Shown here piece after piece: positions 9,317 through 17,961 of a stretch of DNA of 32,000 nucleotides. Positions within the stretch are counted from its first letter, which is position 1, and each line of letters opens with the position of its first letter. The notes beneath the pieces were generated by a model. It ran no database searches. It was not told where the DNA came from and saw nothing but the letters and a program-made list of their open reading frames with translations. A program made the position numbers and the translations under genes. This DNA is from Pseudoalteromonas translucida KMM 520 (GTDB taxonomy: Bacteria > Pseudomonadota > Gammaproteobacteria > Enterobacterales > Alteromonadaceae): assembly GCF_001465295.1 (NCBI RefSeq), contig NZ_CP011034.1, forward strand, positions 2,070,001-2,102,000, written 5' to 3'.

Positions 9317-10810
9317 ATGAATTTATCGCAGCACAATCAGTTTTCATCAAAAGCGAGTCAATTACTAAGTTGGGGGCATTGGTTTACCTTTGCCAATATT
9401 GGCTTAGCGCTCTTAATTAGCTTAAGCTACTTATTTGCCGACTCGCCACCTACAAGCTTTATGGGTATTACTTATATGCTAGTTACTTGGCTTAGCCATA
9501 CTAGTTTTATTGCCTTTTTAGCGTTTGTGCTGACGGTATTTCCGCTCAGTTTAGTTTTTCCATACCCTCGCCATATTCGCGGTATGGCTGCACTTATTGC
9601 TACCTTTGGTGCTTCGTTACTCACACTTGATGCTTATGTTTATTTTAATTTAGGTTATCACTTAAGCAGTTCTGCTTTGCCTGAAATTATTTCGCTTTTA
9701 TGGCACCGCTTAAACAGCTCACCCGCTTTAACAACTATTTTAGCCGGTGGCATAGTTTTAGTTATTTTAGGTTTTCAGTTAACGGTCAGTAATTTTACTT
9801 GGCAAAATTTAGCCCGTTTAAAGCAGCTCAAGTTTGCTCGCTACGCGAGTTCATTTTTAGTGATTTGTTTTGCCCTAAGCCATAGTATTCATATTTGGGC
9901 TGACGCTAATTTAAAGTTTGATGTAACTAAACAAGATAACTTTTTACCGCTTTCGTATCCTACAACGGCTAAAAGCTTATTAGCTAAAAATGATCTACTA
10001 GACATAGAAAGCTATAAACAAGCGCATAATGTGCAAATTAATCAGCAAAACATTAGCTACCAATTGCCTACACCGCTAACAAAATGCGAAAGTTACACAC
10101 CGGCTAAAATTGATATTTTTGTATTTGAAACAGCGCAGCAGCTTGCTCAATTTGCCAGTAATAAAAACTTGTATAGCACTAAGCAGTTTTTACAACCAAC
10201 CGATCATAACGACATGCTCTTTAGTTTAGTTTATGGTTTACCGGCATTTTATAAATCTACAATTATAAATGAGCAAACATTACCCGCATGGCAAAGCCAA
10301 CGTCGCAGTGTTGAAGTAACGGGTATTGCAGCGTTAAACTTTATTAATGATCAAACCCATACGAATAGTGCAATTAGAATAATTAAAGGCACTGATGATT
10401 TAGCACCTCGCGATAAAGACACCCATATTTATGCTTTTAGTTTGGCTGATACTAACAAAGAGGTGGTAATTACCTCAACGCTTTATAGTTCCGATAAACG
10501 GATCACTCGCGTTAATGGCCTTATTCAACCTAGCGATATAATAGCGACCGCTGTTGGGCAGTATTTAAACTGCAACGCTATTGCTGAGCAAACTATGCTC
10601 GGTGTTAACTTACACCAGAAAAAAGACAATATGGGTGTTAATTATTCTCAAGGCGTGGTTATAGCGTATAAAAAGGATAGAATTACCTTAATTGATCCTG
10701 ATGGCGACTTTAAAAATATTTCTGCCGCCGAAGGGTTTTCGATTGAGCAAGGCTTAGACATTCCATTTTTAGTCCACAGTATTAAAAAGTTAAAAACCTT
10801 CACTCAATAA
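9317..10810 (+). CDS. yejM: YejM (PbgA/LapC)-like inner-membrane protein with periplasmic domain
   Basis: 497 aa with several N-terminal hydrophobic helices followed by a soluble domain. It sits immediately after yejL, the position of yejM in E. coli. It is about 90 aa shorter than E. coli YejM. The call rests on topology and synteny rather than clear motif identity. Confidence 0.65.
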   Translation: MNLSQHNQFSSKASQLLSWGHWFTFANIGLALLISLSYLFADSPPTSFMGITYMLVTWLSHTSFIAFLAFVLTVFPLSLVFPYPRHIRGMAALIATFGASLLTLDAYVYFNLGYHLSSSALPEIISLLWHRLNSSPALTTILAGGIVLVILGFQLTVSNFTWQNLARLKQLKFARYASSFLVICFALSHSIHIWADANLKFDVTKQDNFLPLSYPTTAKSLLAKNDLLDIESYKQAHNVQINQQNISYQLPTPLTKCESYTPAKIDIFVFETAQQLAQFASNKNLYSTKQFLQPTDHNDMLFSLVYGLPAFYKSTIINEQTLPAWQSQRRSVEVTGIAALNFINDQTHTNSAIRIIKGTDDLAPRDKDTHIYAFSLADTNKEVVITSTLYSSDKRITRVNGLIQPSDIIATAVGQYLNCNAIAEQTMLGVNLHQKKDNMGVNYSQGVVIAYKKDRITLIDPDGDFKNISAAEGFSIEQGLDIPFLVHSIKKLKTFTQ

Positions 10811-10820
10811 GGCTATTATT

Positions 10821-10860
10821 AACCTAGCTTGCTATACCGCCAAGCTAGGTTATAGTTTTA
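10821..10860 (+). terminator. Intrinsic terminator after yejM
   Basis: AACCTAGCTTG-CTATACCGC-CAAGCTAGGTT is a perfect 11-bp stem, followed by the T-rich ATAGTTTTA. Confidence 0.6.
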
Positions 10861-10910
10861 CTTTAACGTTATTTATTTAACGCAGTAAAACATTCTTAGG
10901 GATAGCCAAT

Positions 10911-11390
10911 ATGATTAAGCTGTACTGTATTTCTATTTTCCTCTTGCTTATAACCTTAAGCTTTAACAGTTTCAGTGCAACCAGTTACTACAAGTGCGTT
11001 ACGCAAGAAGGCACCACCTTTTCTCAATTCCCGTGCGATAACGACGCCACCGTATACAAAGTCAACACCACAATAAATCAGCAAGTAGGCCCTAAAGTAG
11101 ATTACACCAAGCAATTAAACGAACTGGAGCGCGAAAGCTTACTAGCTGGTTTACAGGCAGAGCTGCGCAGTAACCAACATAAGTTAGCAATATTAGATCG
11201 TAAAAAAGACCAAGCTGATTATAAACAGCAACAGCGCCTTAACCATATTTTAGCCAAGGAAGATAAAAAACGCATTGCCGCCGATATTGCTAAAAAACAA
11301 AAAGTAATTAATAAAAACTATAAAGCACAAATTAATATGGTAAAAAAGCGCATTAATAAATTACAAAAAAAAATAGATAACTACCAGTAA
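10911..11390 (+). CDS. Secreted DUF4124-like protein with a Lys-rich coiled-coil tail
   Basis: 159 aa. It has a signal peptide (MIKLYCISIFLLLITLSFNSFSA). YYKCVTQEGTTFSQFPC resembles the DUF4124 YKW.D..G...fsd.P motif. The remainder is heptad-like and K/Q-rich. Confidence 0.55.
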   Translation: MIKLYCISIFLLLITLSFNSFSATSYYKCVTQEGTTFSQFPCDNDATVYKVNTTINQQVGPKVDYTKQLNELERESLLAGLQAELRSNQHKLAILDRKKDQADYKQQQRLNHILAKEDKKRIAADIAKKQKVINKNYKAQINMVKKRINKLQKKIDNYQ

Positions 11391-11497
11391 CCTTTATCTC
11401 ATGAATAAATAACATCTTAATTTAGCTTGGTTTTAAATCGAGAATAACATACTCTTAACAACGATAGAGTATAAGCTCTAGCGTCTAATAAGGAGTA

Positions 11498-13216
11498 ATG
11501 ATGCAGCCTCGTCATATTGCTGAATTAATTTTAACGGGCTTTAAAAAGCACTACCTGTTATTTCAAAAAACCACGGCAAAAGCACCGCTGGCGTTTGCTA
11601 AAAGAGACTGGCAAGCAATTAATGATATAAGCCGATTACGTATTAGCCATTACGATGATCGGGTTAACGAAACCACCGCCACACTTCGACAACAACAAAC
11701 CGAACAACTCGATGAACAGCTGTGGCTAGAAGTAAAAAAGCTCTATCAACATTTTTTATGTTTTCATCCTCAGGCTGAGCTTGCCGAAACTTTTTATAAC
11801 TCGGTATTTTGCCGCCTGTATCATCGCCGCTATTTTCATAACGACTTTATTTTTGTAGAAGCCACTCTAAAAGATGCGCCTGCAGTGCCAGTAGAAGCTG
11901 AGTATCGCAGCTATTTCCCTGTGGTTGACGGCCTAAAGCCCACAATTAAACAGATCATTAATCACTTTGATTTTAAAGCCCCCTTTGTAAACTTAGAGCG
12001 AGACATACGACTGCTGGTAAAAGCATTTTATAAACAAGCGCCCGACACGCACCATAAAGCCTGGCAAATGCGCTTTGATATACTGCACACTCCATTTTAC
12101 CGTAACAAAGCCGCCTATATTGTAGGGCGAGTGGTATCGCAAAGCGGCGTACAGCCGTTTATTATTGCAGTACTGCATCATGAAGATAAAGGTTTATACC
12201 TAGACGCACTACTTACTAAATCGTCACAAATGCGAGTTATTTTTGGCTTTGCGCGTGCCTACTTTATGGTAGAAACCCATGCGCCTTCCGCATTAGTCCG
12301 ATTTTTAAACCAATTAATGCCCAATAAAACTATAGCAGAGCTTTACAACGCTATTGGTTTTCATAAACAAGGTAAAACCGAGTTTTACCGTGAGTTTTTA
12401 AATCATTTAACTCACTCTAATGACGAATTTACTATTGCCCCCGGCACACCTGGCATGGTGATGATGGTATTTACCCTGCCCTCATTCGGCTATGTATTTA
12501 AAATTATTAAAGATAAATTTGGCGAAAGTAAACCTTTTGGTCGTGATACCGTGTTAAAACGCTACCAATTAGTTAAAAAACACGATCGGGTTGGCCGTAT
12601 GGCCGACACCATAGAGTATTCTAACGTCGTATTTCCTTTAGCGCGGTTTGATAGTAACTTGTTGCAGCAGTTGCACCAAACCATTGGCTCATCCATGGTA
12701 ATTGAAGGCGACTGGCTAATTATCAAACATTTATATATTGAGCGACGCATGACACCGCTTAATCTATTTTTAGAAAATGCCGATGATGCCAGTGCCGCCG
12801 ACGCGATTGAAGAGTACGGCCAGGCACTAAAAGAAATGATTGCTGTTAATATATTTCCCGGCGACATGCTGTTAAAAAACTTTGGTGTTAGTAAACACAA
12901 ACGCATTATTTTTTATGATTACGATGAAGTGCAATATTTAACTGACATGAATTTTAGAGCACTGCCTAAAGCAAAAACGTATGACGACTACTTAATGGAT
13001 GAGCAAAGCTATTCGGTTGCGCCGCAAGATGTATTTCCTGAGCAACTTTGCACCTTTGTAATGCCTAACCCAATCTATAAGCAGTTTTTAATGAGCACAC
13101 ATCCAGAGCTTATTGATGTTAACTTTTGGAAGCAAGCACAGCAAAATATTAAAAATGGTCAGGTTAGTCATATTTATCCATACCCGACAGCACAACGTTT
13201 TATCCATCACTGGTAA
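11498..13216 (+). CDS. aceK: Isocitrate dehydrogenase kinase/phosphatase
   Basis: 572 aa, collinear with E. coli AceK: FYRNKAAY.VG, FGFAR.YFMV, TAELY.AIG..K.GKTE.YRE, GMVM.VFTLP.F..VFK.IKD.F, KHDRVGRMADT, HLYIERRM.PLN, NIFPGDML.KNFGV, FYDYDE. The start could be either of the two adjacent ATGs (11498 or 11501). Confidence 0.93.
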   Translation: MMQPRHIAELILTGFKKHYLLFQKTTAKAPLAFAKRDWQAINDISRLRISHYDDRVNETTATLRQQQTEQLDEQLWLEVKKLYQHFLCFHPQAELAETFYNSVFCRLYHRRYFHNDFIFVEATLKDAPAVPVEAEYRSYFPVVDGLKPTIKQIINHFDFKAPFVNLERDIRLLVKAFYKQAPDTHHKAWQMRFDILHTPFYRNKAAYIVGRVVSQSGVQPFIIAVLHHEDKGLYLDALLTKSSQMRVIFGFARAYFMVETHAPSALVRFLNQLMPNKTIAELYNAIGFHKQGKTEFYREFLNHLTHSNDEFTIAPGTPGMVMMVFTLPSFGYVFKIIKDKFGESKPFGRDTVLKRYQLVKKHDRVGRMADTIEYSNVVFPLARFDSNLLQQLHQTIGSSMVIEGDWLIIKHLYIERRMTPLNLFLENADDASAADAIEEYGQALKEMIAVNIFPGDMLLKNFGVSKHKRIIFYDYDEVQYLTDMNFRALPKAKTYDDYLMDEQSYSVAPQDVFPEQLCTFVMPNPIYKQFLMSTHPELIDVNFWKQAQQNIKNGQVSHIYPYPTAQRFIHHW

Positions 13217-13233
13217 AGCGTTAAGGACACACA

Positions 13234-14172
13234 ATGAATATAAGTAAAATAGATTTAAATTTACTGGTTTATCTCGATACTTTATTGCGCGAATGTAATG
13301 TTACCCGCGCAGCAAACCGGTTAAGTATTACTCAACCTGCCATGAGCAATGGCTTAAAGCGCCTTCGTAACTTATTTAACGATCCTATTTTAGTACGCAC
13401 CAGTGATGGCATGGTACCCACAGAGCGCGCGTTAGAGTTACAACCTGTTATTCGCGGTATATTAATGACTCTAGAGGAAACACTTGCGCCTAATCGTGAG
13501 TTTGAAGCAAGCCAAAGTAAGCGCGTATTTAGAATAATGGCCAGTGACTATGCGGCCAGTACCTTAGCGCCCAAGCTATTAAGTAAATTACACGCAGAAG
13601 CCCCCGACACCACCTTAGACATACTCACCCCTAGTGATGTGACCTTTCATGATGTGGAAAATGGCAAAGTGGATATGGCAATCAATCGCTTTGAAAACCT
13701 GCCGCAATCGTTTCATCATAAGCGCATTTGGAAAGATAGTTTTTGCTGTTTAGTTAAATCCGACAACCCGATTATTGACAACTTTAGCCTAGAGAGCTAC
13801 TTAAAAGCACGCCATATTTGGGTAAGTAAAACCGGCTTTGGTGTAGGCGTAGGAATGGATCCTAAAGATGTACAAAAGCTCGGCTGGGTTGATGAAGCAC
13901 TCGCTCATTTTGGTAAACACCGTAATATTGCTACCTTTACCCGTAATTACCATGTGGCGGTACATTTAGCCAAAGTACAAAACTTAATAGCTACATTGCC
14001 CTCCAAAGCCGCTAACATTTATATAGACGATCCTAGTCTTAAAATATTAGAACCTCCTTTTCCTATTCCACCATTTGAGTTAGATATGATTTGGAGCCCA
14101 CTGTTACATCGCGATGCCAGTCATATTTGGTTACGCCAAAAAGTAGCCGAAGTTGCTGAAGAACTTAAGTAA
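13234..14172 (+). CDS. LysR-family transcriptional regulator
   Basis: 312 aa with an N-terminal wHTH (DLNLLVYLDTLLRECNVTRAANRLSITQPAMSNGLKRLR) and a substrate-binding domain. It starts 17 nt after the aceK stop and has its own AAGGA Shine-Dalgarno. Confidence 0.85.
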   Translation: MNISKIDLNLLVYLDTLLRECNVTRAANRLSITQPAMSNGLKRLRNLFNDPILVRTSDGMVPTERALELQPVIRGILMTLEETLAPNREFEASQSKRVFRIMASDYAASTLAPKLLSKLHAEAPDTTLDILTPSDVTFHDVENGKVDMAINRFENLPQSFHHKRIWKDSFCCLVKSDNPIIDNFSLESYLKARHIWVSKTGFGVGVGMDPKDVQKLGWVDEALAHFGKHRNIATFTRNYHVAVHLAKVQNLIATLPSKAANIYIDDPSLKILEPPFPIPPFELDMIWSPLLHRDASHIWLRQKVAEVAEELK

Positions 14173-14177
14173 TACCG

Positions 14178-14226
14178 TTACAAAAGTTTTGTAAAATTTG
14201 CTTACTTAATCTAACAAGTAAGCAAA
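14178..14226. other. Two adjacent perfect palindromes downstream of the LysR gene
   Basis: The first is TTACAAAA-G-TTTTGTAA (14178-14194). The second is TTTGCTTACTT-AATCTAAC-AAGTAAGCAAA (14197-14226, 11-bp stem). They could be a weak terminator or a protein-binding site. No clean T-tract follows on the plus strand. Confidence 0.3.
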
Positions 14227-14345
14227 CATCATCCTCAAAATACATTTATTCCAATAAAAACAAAATACTACGAAAGTTTTTATAGTGGAACAACCTTTGC
14301 TTTTATATAAATGAACATTTAATTTCATTTATAAGAGAGGTCATT

Positions 14346-14789
14346 ATGAACACCCATCAAGATAATGAAGTAAATCATATTTCTGACATCATCCAAGTAA
14401 TGAATAGTGGTATAGATTTTTACGAAAAAGCTCAACAGAACGTAAAAGATCCCGCTGTTGCCGCCCTTTTCCAGCGCATGATTGATGCACGTAAAGTGAC
14501 CGTTGAACGCTTACAGCCTTTTGCTATTAATGAACAAGGTGAACGTGAAGATGGCTCATCGTTTGCAGTAGAAGCGCGCCGTGCTTACACTGCGCTTATC
14601 ACTAAATTTAGCAGCAATAACGACGATACGTATATTAAAGAGCTAGAAGAAGTTGAGGATAAAACCCTCGAAGAAATTAAAGATGCAATGAAAAAACCAC
14701 AACCCGCAGACTGCGAAGCTGTACTAGCTAAAGCATTACTAACAATGCAAAGCTGTCATGCTGAAATGAGCCGGATGAAAAAGCAGTAA
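14346..14789 (+). CDS. PA2169/DUF2383-family four-helix-bundle (ferritin-like) protein
   Basis: 147 aa, all-helical and acidic. GIDFYEKAQQNVKDP..AALFQRM...R resembles the family signature as I remember it. It has a strong Shine-Dalgarno (AAGAGAGG). Confidence 0.6.
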   Translation: MNTHQDNEVNHISDIIQVMNSGIDFYEKAQQNVKDPAVAALFQRMIDARKVTVERLQPFAINEQGEREDGSSFAVEARRAYTALITKFSSNNDDTYIKELEEVEDKTLEEIKDAMKKPQPADCEAVLAKALLTMQSCHAEMSRMKKQ

Positions 14790-14800
14790 GTAATTTGCCC

Positions 14801-14842
14801 CCTGAACCCTGGATAATAAATCTATCTCTAGCTGAATTCAGG
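14801..14842 (+). repeat. 42-bp palindromic intergenic element, short relative of the 25900-26090 element
   Basis: Sequence: CCTGAACCCTGGATAATAAATCTATCTCTAGCTGAATTCAGG. Its first 32 nt match 25900-25931 at 26/32. Its 3' end, GAATTCAGGTTAA, matches GAGTTCAGGTTAA at 26082-26094. The ends CCTGAA/TTCAGG are inverted. Confidence 0.6.
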
Positions 14843-14852
14843 TTAAGCAATT

Positions 14853-14887
14853 AAAAAAGCCCAGCATTATTAAATGCTGGGCTTTAT
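14853..14887. terminator. Intrinsic terminator between convergent genes (strongest for the minus-strand TonB-dependent receptor)
   Basis: AAAAAA-GCCCAGCAT-TATTAA-ATGCTGGGC-TTTAT. There is a 6-nt T-run on the minus strand and a 3-nt T-run on the plus strand. Confidence 0.75.
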
Positions 14888-14916
14888 ATTAAGTATAAAA
14901 ATGGGAGTATCTATAA

Positions 14917-17916
14917 TTAAAAGCGGTATTCTGCACCTAGGTAGTAATACGCACCGTTAAAGCCAAATGGGGCTGAACGACGAGAGTATTTAAATACCCC
15001 TGGGCTGCTTACAATGGTATTGCCTTGGGCGTCTACAATAGTACCAGTACGTGAATTACCTATAGTATTTTCATCTGGGTAGACATCAAATAAGTTATTT
15101 GCGCCAATATTTACCGATAAGTTTTCAGTTACAAAGTAATTTACTTTAACATCAGTTAATATTTCGGCACCGTAGGTCTGGCGGCCGCCATCTTCTACTG
15201 TGTACTCACCAAAGCGATTAAGCGACAAATTAACTGTCCAATCATCACGTTGATAAAGCGCACTTAAGTTAATGCGATCCTCTGGTTGCCACTCTTCAAT
15301 AATAGAAATTTCTTGGTCAGAGAACACGTCCTCAACCGGTACTGTTTCTAAGCCTGAACCTGCAGGGGTAAATAACGACACCACATCGGTTTTAGTAAAG
15401 TTAGCTGCTAAGGTAAAATCAAGCGTGCCGCCTAATCCTTCAGTGTTCCAGGTAGCAACAAAGTCTATACCTTGCGTTTCTGTATCTGCACCATTTAAGA
15501 AAAACTGACCCGCACCAGCACCTGAGCTTATTAATGCAGCGTCAAGACTTGGCGATAACCCTTTACCTAAGCGATTACTGATAACTATACGGTCGTCTAT
15601 ATCAATTGAGTAATAGTCGAGCGTTACGTTAATGTTGTCTGTTACGTTATACACTATACCTAAACTGCGGTTTTGCGACTTTTCTTCTGTTAATTTTGGA
15701 ATACCTAAGCTTTGCGCTAATGTTGAATCGTTTCTAAAAGTACCGACTTCTTCGGCAACTAAGTTGCCCGTAACATCGTCAACAACAAACTGAGTACTGA
15801 TATTATTAAAATACAACTGCTGCATTGACGGCGCTCTAAAACCTGAGCTTAATGCACCTCGCAGTGAAATATCGTCAGTAATCGACCAGTTACCCGCTAG
15901 TTTAAAGTTAACCGTGTCACCAAAGCCTTTATAATTATCGTAGCGCAGTGCGCCCGATAAAATAACGTCTTCAATAATATAGGTTTCAGCATCAAGGTAG
16001 AACGAAATCACATCACGCGATTCATCAACCGATGACATTGGCGATGAACCACCAAAACCTTGCGTACCGCCCGAAGCATCTTCGCTGCCAACACCACCGC
16101 TTAAACCGTCGTATATACTTACGCCGTTATTAGTGTCGTAATCTCGGTATGCGTATTCGCTGCCTTCTAAAATGCGATACTCATCGGTGCGAATTTCTGC
16201 GCCCATAGCGAGTGAGTAATCATCAAAATTTTGGGTGAAATCTAAATTAAGTGTTTGTAGCGATAATTCCATACCGTAAGCATAGGCTTCGCGCGGAATA
16301 GTGGCGCGAATATCAGCAGCACTTAAGCCTTGGTCGTAGCGTAAAAAGTTAGCGTACGAGGCGTTAATTGTGTCACTGGTAGTGTAATCAATACTGTTTT
16401 CACCATAGGTGTACGATAAATCTAAGCTAGCATCGTTATCAAACAGCGTTTTGTAACCAAAGTTATACGAAACATCGTCGATGGTGGTATTAATTTTTGG
16501 CAAAAAGCCAGCCTGAATTGTCGCATCATTATCTTGTAAAACCGAATTACCGCCACCGTTGGCATTGTGCCTGAAAAACGCCGCCGACTCGTTATCGCGA
16601 GTTGAGTAAGTAATAAAACCGTATAGCTCACCATCACCTAATTCATAACCTGTGCTTACAATTAAGCCAAATTGTTGTGAGTCGGCATCGCCAATTCTAA
16701 AGGTATCTCTGTCGGCTGTTAGCTCTCGCGGATCGCCCGCTACTAAAGTGCCGTCATCAAGTGTTGTACAACCATTAAATTGGCAAGAACCATGTAAACC
16801 GGCACGGTTAGTTGGCGCACGATCACGGTAGTTAAGTGTAGTATTTACGTAACCTTTATCACCTAAAGCAAACCCTTTATTAAAATCGAGATTTATCGTT
16901 TCGCCATCGCCTTCTGAATATTGGCCATAGTTAATTGCGGCTTTACCACCTTCGCTGCCATCTTTGAGCACTATATTAATAACACCCGCTATGGCATCTG
17001 AGCCATATTGCGCTGCAGCACCGTCACGCAGTACTTCAATGCGCTTAATTGCCGACGCCGGAATAGCATTCATATCGGTACCCGCTGTACCACGACCTAC
17101 CGAAGTATTAATATGAATAATACTGGCTTGATGGCGGCGCTTACCGTTAATAAGTACTAATGTTTGATCTGGGCCTAAACCACGCAGTGTTGCTGGGCGA
17201 AGGGCATCGGTGCCATCACTAATTGACGAGCTTGAAAAGTTAAACGAAGGCGCAATTGACTGCAGCATTCTGCCCACTTCTGTTTGCCCTGTATTTTCTA
17301 GCGCTTCTGCACTTAAAATATCAACCGGAACAGGTAAATCTTCAACTGAACGACCTGCTACACGACTCCCGACAATGGCAATTTTTTCTATTTTTTCTTG
17401 GGCAACATCTTCAGCAGCATTAACGCCCTGAGTGTTTGCAGCAAGTAATGCAGGTAATATTGCTGCACTAACGCCTGAAAGCTTCATCATGTTGTTATTT
17501 TTCCTATTGATTTGTTTGAGTTTTATACTCAGTAAACCATTTTGATCAACAACCGCATCGAGCTTAGTGTCACCTAACAGTGCCTCCAGTGCACCTAATT
17601 GGGTGTAAAAACCATAAAGCGAATTTGCATTATATTGTTTAGCTAACTCATAAGAAAACACCACGGTTTGCTCGGTTTGCTTAGCAAATTCTATTAAAGC
17701 TTTGTCTGCTCGCTGCGCTTTTATATCAAATTGCACCATTTGCCCGGTAGTTACTGTGGCTAAAACATTCAAGCTAAAAAAAGCCGATGCAAGCACACTC
17801 AAACTACACAATAAATGCGTTTGGTTACTGCGCAACTTATATAAACAGTTGGCAAACAAAAATCCGCTATAGGCTTTATTCTTTTTATTAATATATCTTT
17901 TACTTTGCATGTTCAT
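14917..17916 (-). CDS. TonB-dependent transducer (receptor with N-terminal STN signalling domain)
   Basis: 999 aa with a long signal peptide. An STN-like segment (QFDIKAQRADKALIEFAKQTEQTVVFSYEL...LDAVVDQNGLLSI) precedes the plug (RGLGPDQTLVLINGKR, IEVLRDGAAAQYGSDAIAGVINIV). The barrel ends with the aromatic terminus YLGAEYRF. It lies downstream of fecR-like and ECF sigma genes. The true start may be an internal Met. Confidence 0.9.
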   Translation of the reverse strand: MNMQSKRYINKKNKAYSGFLFANCLYKLRSNQTHLLCSLSVLASAFFSLNVLATVTTGQMVQFDIKAQRADKALIEFAKQTEQTVVFSYELAKQYNANSLYGFYTQLGALEALLGDTKLDAVVDQNGLLSIKLKQINRKNNNMMKLSGVSAAILPALLAANTQGVNAAEDVAQEKIEKIAIVGSRVAGRSVEDLPVPVDILSAEALENTGQTEVGRMLQSIAPSFNFSSSSISDGTDALRPATLRGLGPDQTLVLINGKRRHQASIIHINTSVGRGTAGTDMNAIPASAIKRIEVLRDGAAAQYGSDAIAGVINIVLKDGSEGGKAAINYGQYSEGDGETINLDFNKGFALGDKGYVNTTLNYRDRAPTNRAGLHGSCQFNGCTTLDDGTLVAGDPRELTADRDTFRIGDADSQQFGLIVSTGYELGDGELYGFITYSTRDNESAAFFRHNANGGGNSVLQDNDATIQAGFLPKINTTIDDVSYNFGYKTLFDNDASLDLSYTYGENSIDYTTSDTINASYANFLRYDQGLSAADIRATIPREAYAYGMELSLQTLNLDFTQNFDDYSLAMGAEIRTDEYRILEGSEYAYRDYDTNNGVSIYDGLSGGVGSEDASGGTQGFGGSSPMSSVDESRDVISFYLDAETYIIEDVILSGALRYDNYKGFGDTVNFKLAGNWSITDDISLRGALSSGFRAPSMQQLYFNNISTQFVVDDVTGNLVAEEVGTFRNDSTLAQSLGIPKLTEEKSQNRSLGIVYNVTDNINVTLDYYSIDIDDRIVISNRLGKGLSPSLDAALISSGAGAGQFFLNGADTETQGIDFVATWNTEGLGGTLDFTLAANFTKTDVVSLFTPAGSGLETVPVEDVFSDQEISIIEEWQPEDRINLSALYQRDDWTVNLSLNRFGEYTVEDGGRQTYGAEILTDVKVNYFVTENLSVNIGANNLFDVYPDENTIGNSRTGTIVDAQGNTIVSSPGVFKYSRRSAPFGFNGAYYYLGAEYRF

Positions 17917-17961
17917 AATTGCAACTTAATCCAACATTAGCATGGTTTTAGGCGCTGCTAT

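Noticed and set aside
11993-12906. Antisense ORFs inside aceK (11993-12181 and 12562-12906).
   Set aside because: They lie fully within a strongly supported gene on the opposite strand and have no motifs.
15272-17431. Short ORFs inside or antisense to the TonB-dependent receptor gene (15272-15508, 16422-16637, 17210-17431).
   Set aside because: They are embedded in a confident 999-aa gene, with Ser/Thr/Pro-rich composition typical of out-of-frame readings.
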